Positions 47,919 to 58,534 of a stretch of DNA of 64,000 bases are shown here, piece by piece. Position numbers and translations under genes: made by a program. Each line of letters starts with the position of its first letter. Position 1 is the stretch's first letter. The notes beneath the pieces were generated by a model, which had not been told where the DNA came from, ran no database searches, and worked only from the letters and a program-made list of their open reading frames with translations. Origin of the DNA: Patescibacteria group bacterium (GTDB taxonomy: Bacteria; Patescibacteriota; Microgenomatia; Daviesbacterales; UBA10151); contig JAMCSY010000010.1 in assembly GCA_023379125.1 (NCBI GenBank), positions 913-64,912 of the forward strand, read 5' to 3'.

Positions 47919-49600
47919 AAAAGCATTCTTTAAAGAAACAGAAATATTATCTGCTTGGTTTGCTAATTATCGTTATTTTTGGATCTTTCTTAAGACTATA
48001 TAAGATAGATCATCTTCCAATTCAACTTGGTCATGATGAGGTGACTCAACTGTATGATGCAATTTCTATTAAAGAAACTGGTAAAGATATCTATGGAGAG
48101 AAATTGCCATTTATTTTTAAGTCTGTTAATGACTTCAAACCGCCTTTTTATACTTATGCCTCTTTGTTACCACTGCTTATTTTTGGTTGGCAGGATTTAA
48201 CTATTAAAATCATTGGAGTTTTTTTTGGAATTATGATCATCCCAGCAATGTATTTTTTTACGCAACGATTATTGCTCGATCAAAAAATAGCAATTATCGC
48301 GGCTTTCCTCACGGCGATTGCTCCATTTGAAATTTTCTATTCAAGAAAAAGTTTTGAGAGTGGCGCTGGCATTTTTGCAAGTTTGCTAGGTTTTGGCTTT
48401 TTGTTAAGTTATATCAATAATAAAAGACATCGATGGTATTTTCTGGTGGGTAGTGTCATCCTAGCTTTTGGGCTTTATACCTATTTTTCTCATGCACTCA
48501 TTATTCCCATACTATATATTAGCTTCATTATTCTCTATCACCAAAAGCTAGAACTCTTCAATATAAAGTTGAGTAAATATGTTTTGTTTGGAATAGTCAG
48601 TTTTTTGCTCATAAGTTTGCCTTTAATTAGATTTATTTTTACCGATCCCAATTCGATTAACCGTTCAGAGGCAGTAATAATTATACAAGATCCTGCCCTT
48701 GGTAAAAAAATAAATGAGATTCCAACCACAGATCCAAACTTTTCTATAAAAAAAGATTTGGTAATTGCTAGATATAGTATAAATAGATATTTGAGTCAGT
48801 TTGATCCCTACTTTATTTTTGGCAACGGCTTAGACTTAACTAATACAGACCCAATTGATTCTGGATTATTGTATTTTTTCCAACTACCCTTGCTTTTAAT
48901 AGGTATTATTACAATCACTCGTAATAAGAAACTAATTTACCAAAAGCGGTTTATTATTATGTGGATTTTGATAGGAGCTATGCCGAGTGGATTAACATTT
49001 GAAGCACATAGTCCACATCGCATAATTATGGTTTTTACGATGCTTGATTTAATTAGTGCCTATGGTTTATATCAACTTTGGTTGTGGGTCTGCCGGTTCA
49101 AAAGACCACTACTAAATAGGTTATTTTTAAGTTTTATAGCAATACTTATTATCTGGAACGCTAGTTACTTTACTACTCTTTATACAATTAACTATGCCTT
49201 TGATAAATCAGAGTACTTACAATATCCACTCGCAGATGTAGCGAGGTTTGCTTGGTCGCAACATGATAATTACAATTTGATTATTTTTGATCCCACGATG
49301 GGGGAATACGCACCATTTGTGGCTACAGGTGCCTACTACTACTTAGCTTATTATGGTCACTATTCACCCTTACTAATGCAGCAAGAATTACGGTTAGGTA
49401 ATCAGAAAATTAGAGAAACACTTTTTGACAAATTTGACATCCGCGAGGTAAATTGGGGTGGTGATATGGAACTTAAAGGTGATCTGGTTATTTCTAGTCC
49501 CTGGAGTCTGTCACCGACAGGTTCATGGCACCAGAAAATAATTCATACTTTTTATTATTATGATGGCAAACCAGCTTTTTATGCTGTAGCAGTAAATTAA
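47891..49600 (+). CDS. GT-C glycosyltransferase, PMT/ArnT-like (family A)
   Basis: LGHDEVTQLYDAISIKETGKDIYGEKLPFIFKSVNDFKPPFYTY. The true start is probably MKKHSL at about 47915. Confidence 0.7.
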   Translation: MDIPGLLQMKKHSLKKQKYYLLGLLIIVIFGSFLRLYKIDHLPIQLGHDEVTQLYDAISIKETGKDIYGEKLPFIFKSVNDFKPPFYTYASLLPLLIFGWQDLTIKIIGVFFGIMIIPAMYFFTQRLLLDQKIAIIAAFLTAIAPFEIFYSRKSFESGAGIFASLLGFGFLLSYINNKRHRWYFLVGSVILAFGLYTYFSHALIIPILYISFIILYHQKLELFNIKLSKYVLFGIVSFLLISLPLIRFIFTDPNSINRSEAVIIIQDPALGKKINEIPTTDPNFSIKKDLVIARYSINRYLSQFDPYFIFGNGLDLTNTDPIDSGLLYFFQLPLLLIGIITITRNKKLIYQKRFIIMWILIGAMPSGLTFEAHSPHRIIMVFTMLDLISAYGLYQLWLWVCRFKRPLLNRLFLSFIAILIIWNASYFTTLYTINYAFDKSEYLQYPLADVARFAWSQHDNYNLIIFDPTMGEYAPFVATGAYYYLAYYGHYSPLLMQQELRLGNQKIRETLFDKFDIREVNWGGDMELKGDLVISSPWSLSPTGSWHQKIIHTFYYYDGKPAFYAVAVN

Positions 49601-49601
49601 A

Positions 49602-50339
49602 ATGGCAAAAGTCAAAGTAGTTATTGTAATGCCTGCCTATAATGCGGCAACAACTGTAAAAAATACATACCTGGAAATTCCAGCAAAATTGAGGAAACAT
49701 ATCATATTAGTAGATGACGGATCAACTGATCAGACTGTCAAGGTGGCTCAAAAACTGGGAATTAAAGTTTTTGCACATCCAGCTAACTTAGGTTATGGAG
49801 GAAATCAAAAAACCTGTTACTGGGAGGCATTAAAATTAGAGCCATCTGTAGTAGTCATGCTCCATCCTGATTATCAATATGATGCCTCCTTGATAGAGGA
49901 GCTTGTGAGACCAATACTAATAGATCGTTATGATTATATGTTTGGAAGTCGAATTCAAAATAAAAAAGGAGCCTTATTGGGAGGCATGCCTCCGATAAAA
50001 TACTATCTGAATCGGGTAGTTTGTTTAATGGAGAATGTTTTATTGGGTGTTAATTTTACTGAACATTTTTCTGGATTTCGCGCTTATTCGATTAAAGCCT
50101 TAAAACAAATTCCCTTCCAACGTTTCTCTAATGACTTTGTATTTGATCAACAAATGGAGATATCAGCGATTAGTCATAATTTAAGAATAGGCGAGATTGC
50201 AATACCAACTAGATATCACGAAAAAGCTTCCTCGATAAAATTCCTAAAAGGTAGTAAATTTATAATAGATACCTTTTGGTATGTATTCTTATACAAATTA
50301 CACCAAGCAGGTCTGATAAAATTTCCTATTTATAAGTAG
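49602..50339 (+). CDS. GT2 polyprenyl-phosphate sugar synthase-like glycosyltransferase
   Basis: VVIVMPAYNAATTV...ILVDDGSTDQT. Confidence 0.75.
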   Translation: MAKVKVVIVMPAYNAATTVKNTYLEIPAKLRKHIILVDDGSTDQTVKVAQKLGIKVFAHPANLGYGGNQKTCYWEALKLEPSVVVMLHPDYQYDASLIEELVRPILIDRYDYMFGSRIQNKKGALLGGMPPIKYYLNRVVCLMENVLLGVNFTEHFSGFRAYSIKALKQIPFQRFSNDFVFDQQMEISAISHNLRIGEIAIPTRYHEKASSIKFLKGSKFIIDTFWYVFLYKLHQAGLIKFPIYK

Positions 50340-50353
50340 TTTAATAACTAATA

Positions 50354-52003
50354 ATGAATAAAAAGAGCTTAGTTATCCTAATATTAATTTTAGTTTTGGC
50401 CTTTTTTCTTAGATATTATAAAATTACAGAAGTTCCACCTTCATTGAATTGGGATGAGACAGCGATTGGATATAACGCTTACTCTATTTTAAGAACTGGT
50501 CATGATGAATGGGGAAAGCTATTACCTATACATTTTGAGTCGTACGGAGAATATAAATTACCCTTACAGATTTATTTTTCTATTCCAGCGATTGCAATTT
50601 TTGGTTTGAATGATTTTTCTGTCCGGATTACCCCAGTTGTCTATGGAACTCTAACAATATTACTCATATTTTTATTAACAAGAGCTCTTTTTAGAAACAA
50701 CTTGATAGCACTTTCAGCAGCCTTTTTCTTGGCCGTTTCGCCATGGCATATTCAATTAACCCGTGCTTCTTTTGAATCTTCATTTTCCGTCCTTTGGGTT
50801 CTTTGGGGCATATGGTGGTTAGTGAAAGGCTTTGAGAATAAAAAATGGTGGGTTTATGCAATTATTCCACTTGCTTTAGCTATGTATACTTATAATAGCG
50901 CTCGTGTTTTTGTACCACTTTATTTATTAGCTTTATTACTAGTTTATAAAGCGGAGATATTCAAATATAAGAAAATACTGCTGATCTCCATTGTTGTATT
51001 TTTAATTATGCTGATACCGATGGTACCATATTACTTGGGTGGTAATGGCGCTTCGCGTTACAAACTGGTAAGCATTACCGATGATCCGGGCTTAGTACCA
51101 AGGATTGATCAACAACGTAATCAATCAACACTTCCTCCTTTAGTTAAAAGGTTTTTATACAACAGGGTTACTTATGTATCTTTCTATACGATCGAACATT
51201 ATTTCGCTCATTTTGCCCCTGCTTTCCTTTTTATCTCTGGTGCTCCACATAAGCAGCATAGTGTTCAGGGATTAGGTGAACTTTTCTACATACAAGCGCC
51301 ACTGATTTTATTAGGTCTATACTGGCTCTTTAAGACAAAAAATAGATTTAGATATTTACTAATTTCCTGGTTATTGATTAGTATTATCCCAGTCTCGGTT
51401 ACAAACGATAGTATTCCTCAGGCGCTCAGAACACTGATTGCTGCTCCAGTTTATCAGATCTTATCTGCCATTGGTTTGTATCAAGGTTATATGTTTTTGC
51501 GAAAAAGAAAAGCATTTTTGTTTGGTTCAGCGATAGCTCTATTATTAGTATTTGCCTGGGAATTTAATCATTATCTGTATCAGCTATTTGTGATTTATCC
51601 GGTCAGCTACTCGCGTGATTGGCAGTATGGCTATAAGCAAGTAGTTAGCTATATTCAAGATCATCAGAATCAGTATGATGAAATAGTTTTTAGCAGAGTT
51701 TATGGGGAACCATATATGTTTACATTATTTTATCTACAATATGATCCTGCTAAATATCAAAACGACCCCAATTTAGTGCGCTATGAGGGGAATAATTGGA
51801 TTTGGGTATTGAGGTTTGGTAAGTTTTATTTTCCTGATTTGGGTGATGCTGGAACAACTTTTGAGGATATCGTTAAGGAAAATCAGGGTAAAAAAATATT
51901 GTTCATTGGTAAACCAGGAGACTTCCCTTCGCAACTACCGGTGCTTTATCAAGTCAATTTCCTAAATGGTAATCCAGATTTTCAGATAGTAGAGGTAAAG
52001 TGA
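50354..52003 (+). CDS. GT-C glycosyltransferase, PMT/ArnT-like (family A; tandem 1 of 3)
   Basis: LNWDETAIGYNAYSILRTGHDEWGKLLPIHFESYGEYKLPLQIY. Confidence 0.7.
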   Translation: MNKKSLVILILILVLAFFLRYYKITEVPPSLNWDETAIGYNAYSILRTGHDEWGKLLPIHFESYGEYKLPLQIYFSIPAIAIFGLNDFSVRITPVVYGTLTILLIFLLTRALFRNNLIALSAAFFLAVSPWHIQLTRASFESSFSVLWVLWGIWWLVKGFENKKWWVYAIIPLALAMYTYNSARVFVPLYLLALLLVYKAEIFKYKKILLISIVVFLIMLIPMVPYYLGGNGASRYKLVSITDDPGLVPRIDQQRNQSTLPPLVKRFLYNRVTYVSFYTIEHYFAHFAPAFLFISGAPHKQHSVQGLGELFYIQAPLILLGLYWLFKTKNRFRYLLISWLLISIIPVSVTNDSIPQALRTLIAAPVYQILSAIGLYQGYMFLRKRKAFLFGSAIALLLVFAWEFNHYLYQLFVIYPVSYSRDWQYGYKQVVSYIQDHQNQYDEIVFSRVYGEPYMFTLFYLQYDPAKYQNDPNLVRYEGNNWIWVLRFGKFYFPDLGDAGTTFEDIVKENQGKKILFIGKPGDFPSQLPVLYQVNFLNGNPDFQIVEVK

Positions 52004-53538
52004 AAAAAAATATTTTATGGCTTGTCTTAATATCTATTTTTTTTCTAGCTACAAGGCTATATCAAATTACTGACAACCCCCCCTCTTTATATTGGGATGA
52101 AGCATCGATAGGGTACAATGCTTACTCTGTAATTACTACTGGACGTGACGAATGGGGAAAAGTTCTACCCATTCATTTTCGGGCATTTGGTGAGTTTAAA
52201 CTACCAGTCTATATTTACTCAGTAGCCTTAGCCGAGGTTATCCTTGGGGTAAATGATCTTGCTGTTAGGTTTCCGGCAATAATATATTCTTTGGGAACTC
52301 TGCTGATTACTTACTTCATTGCTAAAAAAATATCTGGAAAAGATAGTATTGGATTGTTATCAGCATTTTTCATAAGTATATCTAAATGGTTATTTGTTTT
52401 TTCTCGAACAGGTTATGAAGCAAACGCCGGAGTTTTTTTCTATTTGGGAGGATTATACTTTTTGTTACTGAGCAAGAAAAGTAATAACTTTCTTATTGTT
52501 TCAATATTGTCTTTTGCGATCACTCTCTATTGTTATAACAGTTTTCGAATTATTACGCCTATAACTCTACTAGTCATTATCACATATCTAATCTTTAAGC
52601 TGAAAAAACAGGTACTTAATTTTCCAAAGCAACTATCAGTATTGATCGGTATACTGATTTTAGCCAGTATCCCACTGATTAGTTTTTACGTAAAAGGTGA
52701 AGGGTTGATTCGTTTTACTGATGTGAGTGTAGATACTCATCAAGGCTTAGTAAGTTTCACAAAACAATTTATTGTAAACTACACCAGCCATTTTACACCA
52801 CAGTTTTTATTGCTGACTGGGGATGTTAACAGTCGCAGCCAACAACCTGGTTTTGGTCAAATATACCTGCTGGATGTAGTTCTATTCATTTTAGGCATAT
52901 TGTATATTAAACAGAAAGAGAGTTGGCAATCAGCCATCCCTTTGCTGGTGCTTCTTATTGCTCCCATTCCAGCAAGTTTAACAAAGGAATCACCCCATGC
53001 GCTACGTTCGATCATTGCCGCTCCGGCGATCGTTTTACTTGTAACTTTTGGGGTCGATTTTTTATCAAATTTCCCAATGCGTAAAGCCTTGATTGTGTTG
53101 ATAGTAACATGTGATTTGGTGCTATTTGGCCAATATTATTATACTTTCGTTAACCAATACTCTTTGCATAATGCTGGCAATTGGCAATATGGATACAAAG
53201 AAATATTTACCAAATACCAGTCAGAGTTTCCTAATTATCAGCAAATTGTTGTCTCTGATTACCTAGGCAACCCTTATATTTTTGCCCTCTGGTATCTAAA
53301 ATATGATCCACGATCTTATTTAGCTACTGTCCAATATAACGCAGTCAGTGATTGGGGCTTTTCCAAGGTAGCTGAGTTTGGCAAGTTTAGATTTGAACCA
53401 ATCAATCTAAGCTTGTCATTGTCTGGAAAGGCTTTGATTTTTGCCTCACCTCAAGATAAGATAAATAAATACCAGCAACGAGGAGTAATTGAAAATCCAG
53501 ATGGAACACAAGTTTTTAAAGTTTACCAATCAGACTAA
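52000..53538 (+). CDS. GT-C glycosyltransferase, PMT/ArnT-like (family A; tandem 2 of 3)
   Basis: LYWDEASIGYNAYSVITTGRDEWGKVLPIHFRAFGEFKLPVYIY. The start overlaps the upstream gene by 4 nt. Confidence 0.7.
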   Translation: MKKNILWLVLISIFFLATRLYQITDNPPSLYWDEASIGYNAYSVITTGRDEWGKVLPIHFRAFGEFKLPVYIYSVALAEVILGVNDLAVRFPAIIYSLGTLLITYFIAKKISGKDSIGLLSAFFISISKWLFVFSRTGYEANAGVFFYLGGLYFLLLSKKSNNFLIVSILSFAITLYCYNSFRIITPITLLVIITYLIFKLKKQVLNFPKQLSVLIGILILASIPLISFYVKGEGLIRFTDVSVDTHQGLVSFTKQFIVNYTSHFTPQFLLLTGDVNSRSQQPGFGQIYLLDVVLFILGILYIKQKESWQSAIPLLVLLIAPIPASLTKESPHALRSIIAAPAIVLLVTFGVDFLSNFPMRKALIVLIVTCDLVLFGQYYYTFVNQYSLHNAGNWQYGYKEIFTKYQSEFPNYQQIVVSDYLGNPYIFALWYLKYDPRSYLATVQYNAVSDWGFSKVAEFGKFRFEPINLSLSLSGKALIFASPQDKINKYQQRGVIENPDGTQVFKVYQSD

Positions 53539-55144
53539 TAAAACTCATTGGTCAATTTACCTGCTTTTTATTTTTGTTATTATTATTGCCATTTTTTTAA
53601 GATTTTACAAACTCGATCAAATTCCACCATCACTAGATTGGGATGAAGTAGCTGCTGGATATAATGCTTATACTATAGCTAATTGGGGCCAGGATGAATG
53701 GGGTAATAAATTTCCTTTGACTTTTCATTCTTTCGGTGACGATAAAAGCCCAATACATATTTATGTTACTGCTATTTTTGTTAAACTTTTTGGTTTATCT
53801 GATCTTGTAACAAGATCTTCATCTGCTTTTTTTGGGGCACTCAATGTTATTATTATCTTTTTTCTAGCTAATGTTTTGTTTGGTAATAAAAGCATCGGTC
53901 TTTTTGCAGCACTATTTTTAGCAATTTCTCCTTATAATTTGCAATTTTCGCGTTTTAATCATGAAGCAAACTACGCTCTGTTTTTCATGATGTTGGGACT
54001 CTATTTAGTCTTACTTAGTCTGCATAAAAAACCATATTTACTGCCTTTGGCAGTTATCTCCTTTGGGCTCAGCATGCTTTCTTATCACTCAGGCAAGGTA
54101 GTTGTGCCTGGGATGATACTATTGCTTGTAGTCTTATTCTGGAAAAAACTAATTCAGGTTCAAAAATATGCATTGATTTCACTGGCCATTTTTGTGGGGA
54201 TTGTTATGTTGTACTTAACTAATCGACAACTCCTGGGTGGAGCACGATTACAACAACTACAAATCCCTTCAGATAAGGTTTTAACTAGCCAGCTTTACTT
54301 GCAAACTCACAATCAATTGTTGGGTAAAGTTAATGTGATTTTTGATCATTATCTTACACATTTTTCTTGGGAGTATTTATTTGTTAGTGGTGATGCTAAT
54401 CCTCGTCACTCAATCCAAACCGTTGGTGAGTTTTATCAGGTAGATATCGTTTTGATCGTTTTAGGATTGTTAGCGATGCTCCTTTTTCGCACTAGAGGGA
54501 GTGTACTGGTTTTAGCTTGGCTTTTGCTTGCACCCTTACCAGCAGCAGTTGTGGGTAGTGCCAGTGATGGACCGCATGCTGGAAGAGCTCTTTTCATGAT
54601 GGGGAGTTGGCAGATCATCACTGCGTTTGGTCTTAGCTCTTTGATCAAATTATTTAAAAAGCCACTTGTTCAGGGATTAGTCCTATGTGTTGTTTTGGTA
54701 GTTCTCGGCTGGCAATTTAAATTATATATTTATGATTATTATCATAGTTATGCCAAAAAGTACGCAATAGAATGGCAATATGGAATGAAACAAATTGTCA
54801 GTTTTGTAAAAGCTAATCCGCAATATGATACTGTCTATATGACCGATGTTCGTTCTCAGCCTTATATTTTCTTCCTTTATTATTTGAAAACTCCTTTACC
54901 AGAATTTAGAAATAGTGTGATTTATAATCAATCTCATAGTGCTCCTTCTAATTTAGTTACTTCTTTTGGTAAATATCATTTTGGGGATTGGGATCCGATT
55001 GAGAGTAAACCAATCTCGGGAGTGCTTTATATTGTTGGTCCAAGTAATTATGATGGTTTAAGATACAAGAGCCAATTTGATGTTAAAAGATTGGTTAGGT
55101 TTCCTAATAAAGATGAGGCTTTTTATATAGTCTCGGCATTGTAA
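53489..55144 (+). CDS. GT-C glycosyltransferase, PMT/ArnT-like (family A; tandem 3 of 3)
   Basis: LDWDEVAAGYNAYTIANWGQDEWGNKFPLTFHSFGDDKSPIHIY. The start is uncertain; the listed ORF overlaps the upstream gene by 50 nt. Confidence 0.65.
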   Translation: MKIQMEHKFLKFTNQTNKTHWSIYLLFIFVIIIAIFLRFYKLDQIPPSLDWDEVAAGYNAYTIANWGQDEWGNKFPLTFHSFGDDKSPIHIYVTAIFVKLFGLSDLVTRSSSAFFGALNVIIIFFLANVLFGNKSIGLFAALFLAISPYNLQFSRFNHEANYALFFMMLGLYLVLLSLHKKPYLLPLAVISFGLSMLSYHSGKVVVPGMILLLVVLFWKKLIQVQKYALISLAIFVGIVMLYLTNRQLLGGARLQQLQIPSDKVLTSQLYLQTHNQLLGKVNVIFDHYLTHFSWEYLFVSGDANPRHSIQTVGEFYQVDIVLIVLGLLAMLLFRTRGSVLVLAWLLLAPLPAAVVGSASDGPHAGRALFMMGSWQIITAFGLSSLIKLFKKPLVQGLVLCVVLVVLGWQFKLYIYDYYHSYAKKYAIEWQYGMKQIVSFVKANPQYDTVYMTDVRSQPYIFFLYYLKTPLPEFRNSVIYNQSHSAPSNLVTSFGKYHFGDWDPIESKPISGVLYIVGPSNYDGLRYKSQFDVKRLVRFPNKDEAFYIVSAL

Positions 55145-55149
55145 CATTT

Positions 55150-56013
55150 ATGAGTAAGATTTCGGTAGTCTTAGCAACATATAACGAGGGAAGTAATCTT
55201 AAAGAATGTTTGAGTTCAGTTAAAGATATTGCTGCAGAGATTATTATTGTTGATGGCGGTTCTTCTGATCAAACTTTACATATTGCGCGAGAATTTGGGG
55301 CGCAAATTACACAAACAGATAACCCACCAATTTTTCATATTAACAAGCAAAAGGCTTTGACAAAGGCAAAGCATGCTTGGATTTTACAACTAGATGCTGA
55401 TGAGAGGGTGACTCCTCGATTAGCCCAGGAGATTGAAAGGGTAACTGAGATGAGTCGGTCAGAACTTGAGGAATATCAGCGAAAACTACCACAGAAAAAA
55501 TTATTTATGCGTCACCAACTCTTAATTGAGGAACGGGATGGTATTATTGGTAAACAACAAGGTCCATATACGGCTTTTTTTATGCCGAGGCTCAATTATT
55601 TCTTAGGTAAGTATCTTCGTTTTGGTGGTGTTTACCCTGATGGTGTGATTAGACTGGTTAAAAAAGATCACGCCCACTTTCCTTGTCAAAATGTCCATGA
55701 ACAAATTTCCATTGATGGCCGGGTAGGTTGGCTAAGCAATGATTTATTGCACATTTCAGATCCAACCTTTGAGCGATACTTACAAAGAAATAGTCGATAT
55801 ATTGATTTAATTGCTGCCGAGTTAAAAGATCAACATGTTGGTAAGAATCCAATTCAACTGATTAATTATTTTTTACTAAAACCTGTTGTATGGTTTATGC
55901 TCACTGTTATTAGGCATAAAGGGATTTTGGATGGTTTTCCTGGAGTTACATTTTCTTTTTTCTCAGCTTTAAGATTTCCACGAGCATATTTCAGATATCT
56001 AAAAAATAAATGA
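55150..56013 (+). CDS. GT2 glycosyltransferase
   Basis: ISVVLATYNEGSNLKECLSSV...IIVDGGSSDQT...LDADE. Confidence 0.75.
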   Translation: MSKISVVLATYNEGSNLKECLSSVKDIAAEIIIVDGGSSDQTLHIAREFGAQITQTDNPPIFHINKQKALTKAKHAWILQLDADERVTPRLAQEIERVTEMSRSELEEYQRKLPQKKLFMRHQLLIEERDGIIGKQQGPYTAFFMPRLNYFLGKYLRFGGVYPDGVIRLVKKDHAHFPCQNVHEQISIDGRVGWLSNDLLHISDPTFERYLQRNSRYIDLIAAELKDQHVGKNPIQLINYFLLKPVVWFMLTVIRHKGILDGFPGVTFSFFSALRFPRAYFRYLKNK

Positions 56014-57077
56014 TTAAAATTGCTTTCGATGTTAGTCCACTACAAGCAGGCCATCAAACTAGAGGAGTAGGCTTCTATATTCAGAACTTACTTCAGCAAC
56101 TAAAAAAAGATTCCCGAGTAAAAGTTGTAGAATTTGATAATCTTTCTCAAGTCAAGCGAGCAGATTTAGTCCATTACCCATTCTTTGATTTTTTCAAAGC
56201 AAGCTTACCCTTGTATAAAAAATATCCAACAGTCTTAACCATTCATGATGTAACACCATTACTTTTCCCTCAACGTTATCCCGCAGGGGTCAGAGGATTA
56301 ATTAATCTCCTTAGACAAAAACTAGCTTTAACCAATATTGATATGGTTATAACTGATTCGGAATCATCTCGCTCTGATATAATCAAAATACTAGGAATAA
56401 AAGAGGATATTGTGCAATCGATATATCTGGCTGCTGGAAGTGATTTTCAAATACTCCGTGATGCAAAATTCCTTAAGAAGATTAAAACGAAATATAGTCT
56501 ACCAGATAGATTTGTAGTATATACAGGAAATGTTAATTGGAATAAAAATATACTCAATTTAGCAAAAGGCTGTTTAGAATCTGATCTTGATTTAGTAATA
56601 ATAGGTAAAAGCTTTACTCAAAAATACAACCTAGATCATCCAGAACTGCGTTCCTTTGCCCGATTTATCGAAGAATATGCTGATAATCCACGAATTCATT
56701 TACTAGGTTTTGTAGAGACAACAGATTTAGTTGGAATTATTAATTTAGCAAACGTAGGATTATTACCTTCATTTTATGAAGGTTTTGGTTTGCCGATTTT
56801 AGAATTTCAAGCATGTGGTCTACCAGTTGTTACTGCTAATACAGCCTCAATGCCTGAGATAGCCGGTCAGGCGGCAATGTTAGTTGATCCTTATCAACCT
56901 TTGGAAATTACTCAGGCCATTAATGATGTTATGCAAAATAATGATCTGCGGAAAGAACTGGTTGAGCTTGGTTTGAAAAATATCCAGCGTTTTTCTTGGT
57001 CGCAGTGTGCAGATCAGACTATTCAAGTTTATAAGAAAATTATTAATGGTAATACCTCTTATCCTTTTTTTGTATAA
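56010..57077 (+). CDS. GT4 (GT-B fold) glycosyltransferase
   Basis: YEGFGLPILEFQACGLPVVTANTASMPEIAG is the GT4 C-terminal motif. Confidence 0.75.
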   Translation: MIKIAFDVSPLQAGHQTRGVGFYIQNLLQQLKKDSRVKVVEFDNLSQVKRADLVHYPFFDFFKASLPLYKKYPTVLTIHDVTPLLFPQRYPAGVRGLINLLRQKLALTNIDMVITDSESSRSDIIKILGIKEDIVQSIYLAAGSDFQILRDAKFLKKIKTKYSLPDRFVVYTGNVNWNKNILNLAKGCLESDLDLVIIGKSFTQKYNLDHPELRSFARFIEEYADNPRIHLLGFVETTDLVGIINLANVGLLPSFYEGFGLPILEFQACGLPVVTANTASMPEIAGQAAMLVDPYQPLEITQAINDVMQNNDLRKELVELGLKNIQRFSWSQCADQTIQVYKKIINGNTSYPFFV

Positions 57078-57220
57078 AAATACATATGCTAGATCCGCTT
57101 GATTTATAAAATTATGAATTGATTGCAGTTAATATATCGAAGACCTGATCTACAAATTAAGAGAGAAGAACCCTTTCTAGAAAAATGTCCGATATGCTCG
57201 TTATTATATCGTGACCAATA

Positions 57221-58438
57221 ATGTGTTGGGTCTTAGCAAAAAACTGGTCCTTAGATATAATCAAATTACTTACCCCGAAATATATAAGAGAGATGAATAA
57301 TCTTTTACGAGCAAATAGAATAAAAATTGGTTGGATTAGTGTCGATCTTATCCCCGTTTTGCTTTTTTTTGATTGGAGATTGATGTTATTGTCACTAGCA
57401 TCTATGTCTCATTTTTTCATTAATATGGGAATAAATTTTCTCGGAAAAGAGTTCGGGACATATTCATTAATTCCACAGCTCTGGATTTGGGCTAATTTCG
57501 ATGGGTCTCACTACTTATCGATTGTAAATTATGGTTATGGACAATTCGAATATGCTTTTTTTCCAGGCTATCCAGTAGCCGTTTGGTTAGTTTCTAAGAT
57601 TTTACCTGATCCTCTGCTAGTAGCTTTATTAGTCAGTAACGTGGCGGCGTTAATTTTTGTGTACTTGCTATATAAACTTTGGTTACTTGATTATTCTTCA
57701 AAAGAGGTAAACAAGTCTCTTTTCCTACTACTCGCGTTTCCAACCGCTTTTTTCCTCGGAGCGGTTTACTCAGAAAGTTTGTTTTTATGTTTTGCGGCAG
57801 GCTCTTTTTACGCAGTGAGGAAACATAACTATTTATTAGCTGGTTTCTTAGGAATATTGGCTACAACAACAAGGCTAGTAGGTATTATGCTTATTCCAGC
57901 ATTATTAATTTTGTGGTACCAGCAAAAACAAAAAATAAAATCTCTCTGGGCAATCCTTGCAATTGGACTAGGTATACTACTTGTGATGATGTGGAATTGG
58001 TGGCAAACCGGTGATTTGTTGTATTTTTTCCATGTCCAGCCAATGTTTGGTGCACAAAGGAGTGGAGGTCAAATAGTTTTATTACCTCAAACGATCTATC
58101 GCTATTTTAAGATCTTTTTAACTACACCTTTTTCACTAACATTAATTACAGCTGTTGAGGAATTTGTGTTAACACTGGGAGTTTTATTACTATTAATAGT
58201 TAAATACAAAAAAATAAATCTAGCTTATTTAATTTTTAGTTTAGGGGTATTGTTGCTACCAACCCTGACAGGGACGTTATCTTCAATGCCACGTTACTTA
58301 CTAGCGGCTTTTCCGCTTTTCCCGCTATTAGGATCTTTTCTTAATAACAAATTTAGTTATAGAGCAGTTATTTTCTTATTAGCAATTTGGCAAATCATTA
58401 ATTTAGCACTCTTTGTAAATGGCTACTGGGTGGCTTAG
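57221..58438 (+). CDS. Polytopic membrane protein, GT-C-like 'family E'; paralog of 17464-18612
   Basis: WANFDGSHYLSIVNYGYGQFEYAFFPGYPVAVWLV. It has about 10 TM helices. The start may be the downstream Met (MNNLL...). Confidence 0.5.
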   Translation: MCWVLAKNWSLDIIKLLTPKYIREMNNLLRANRIKIGWISVDLIPVLLFFDWRLMLLSLASMSHFFINMGINFLGKEFGTYSLIPQLWIWANFDGSHYLSIVNYGYGQFEYAFFPGYPVAVWLVSKILPDPLLVALLVSNVAALIFVYLLYKLWLLDYSSKEVNKSLFLLLAFPTAFFLGAVYSESLFLCFAAGSFYAVRKHNYLLAGFLGILATTTRLVGIMLIPALLILWYQQKQKIKSLWAILAIGLGILLVMMWNWWQTGDLLYFFHVQPMFGAQRSGGQIVLLPQTIYRYFKIFLTTPFSLTLITAVEEFVLTLGVLLLLIVKYKKINLAYLIFSLGVLLLPTLTGTLSSMPRYLLAAFPLFPLLGSFLNNKFSYRAVIFLLAIWQIINLALFVNGYWVA

Positions 58439-58534
58439 TCTTATATAACCAAATATCAATGTTATTACCTTTGCTAAAGATAATGCAGTTGATGACAGAT
58501 TAATGGAGGAAAGATCCAATCTAGCTTGGACAGA

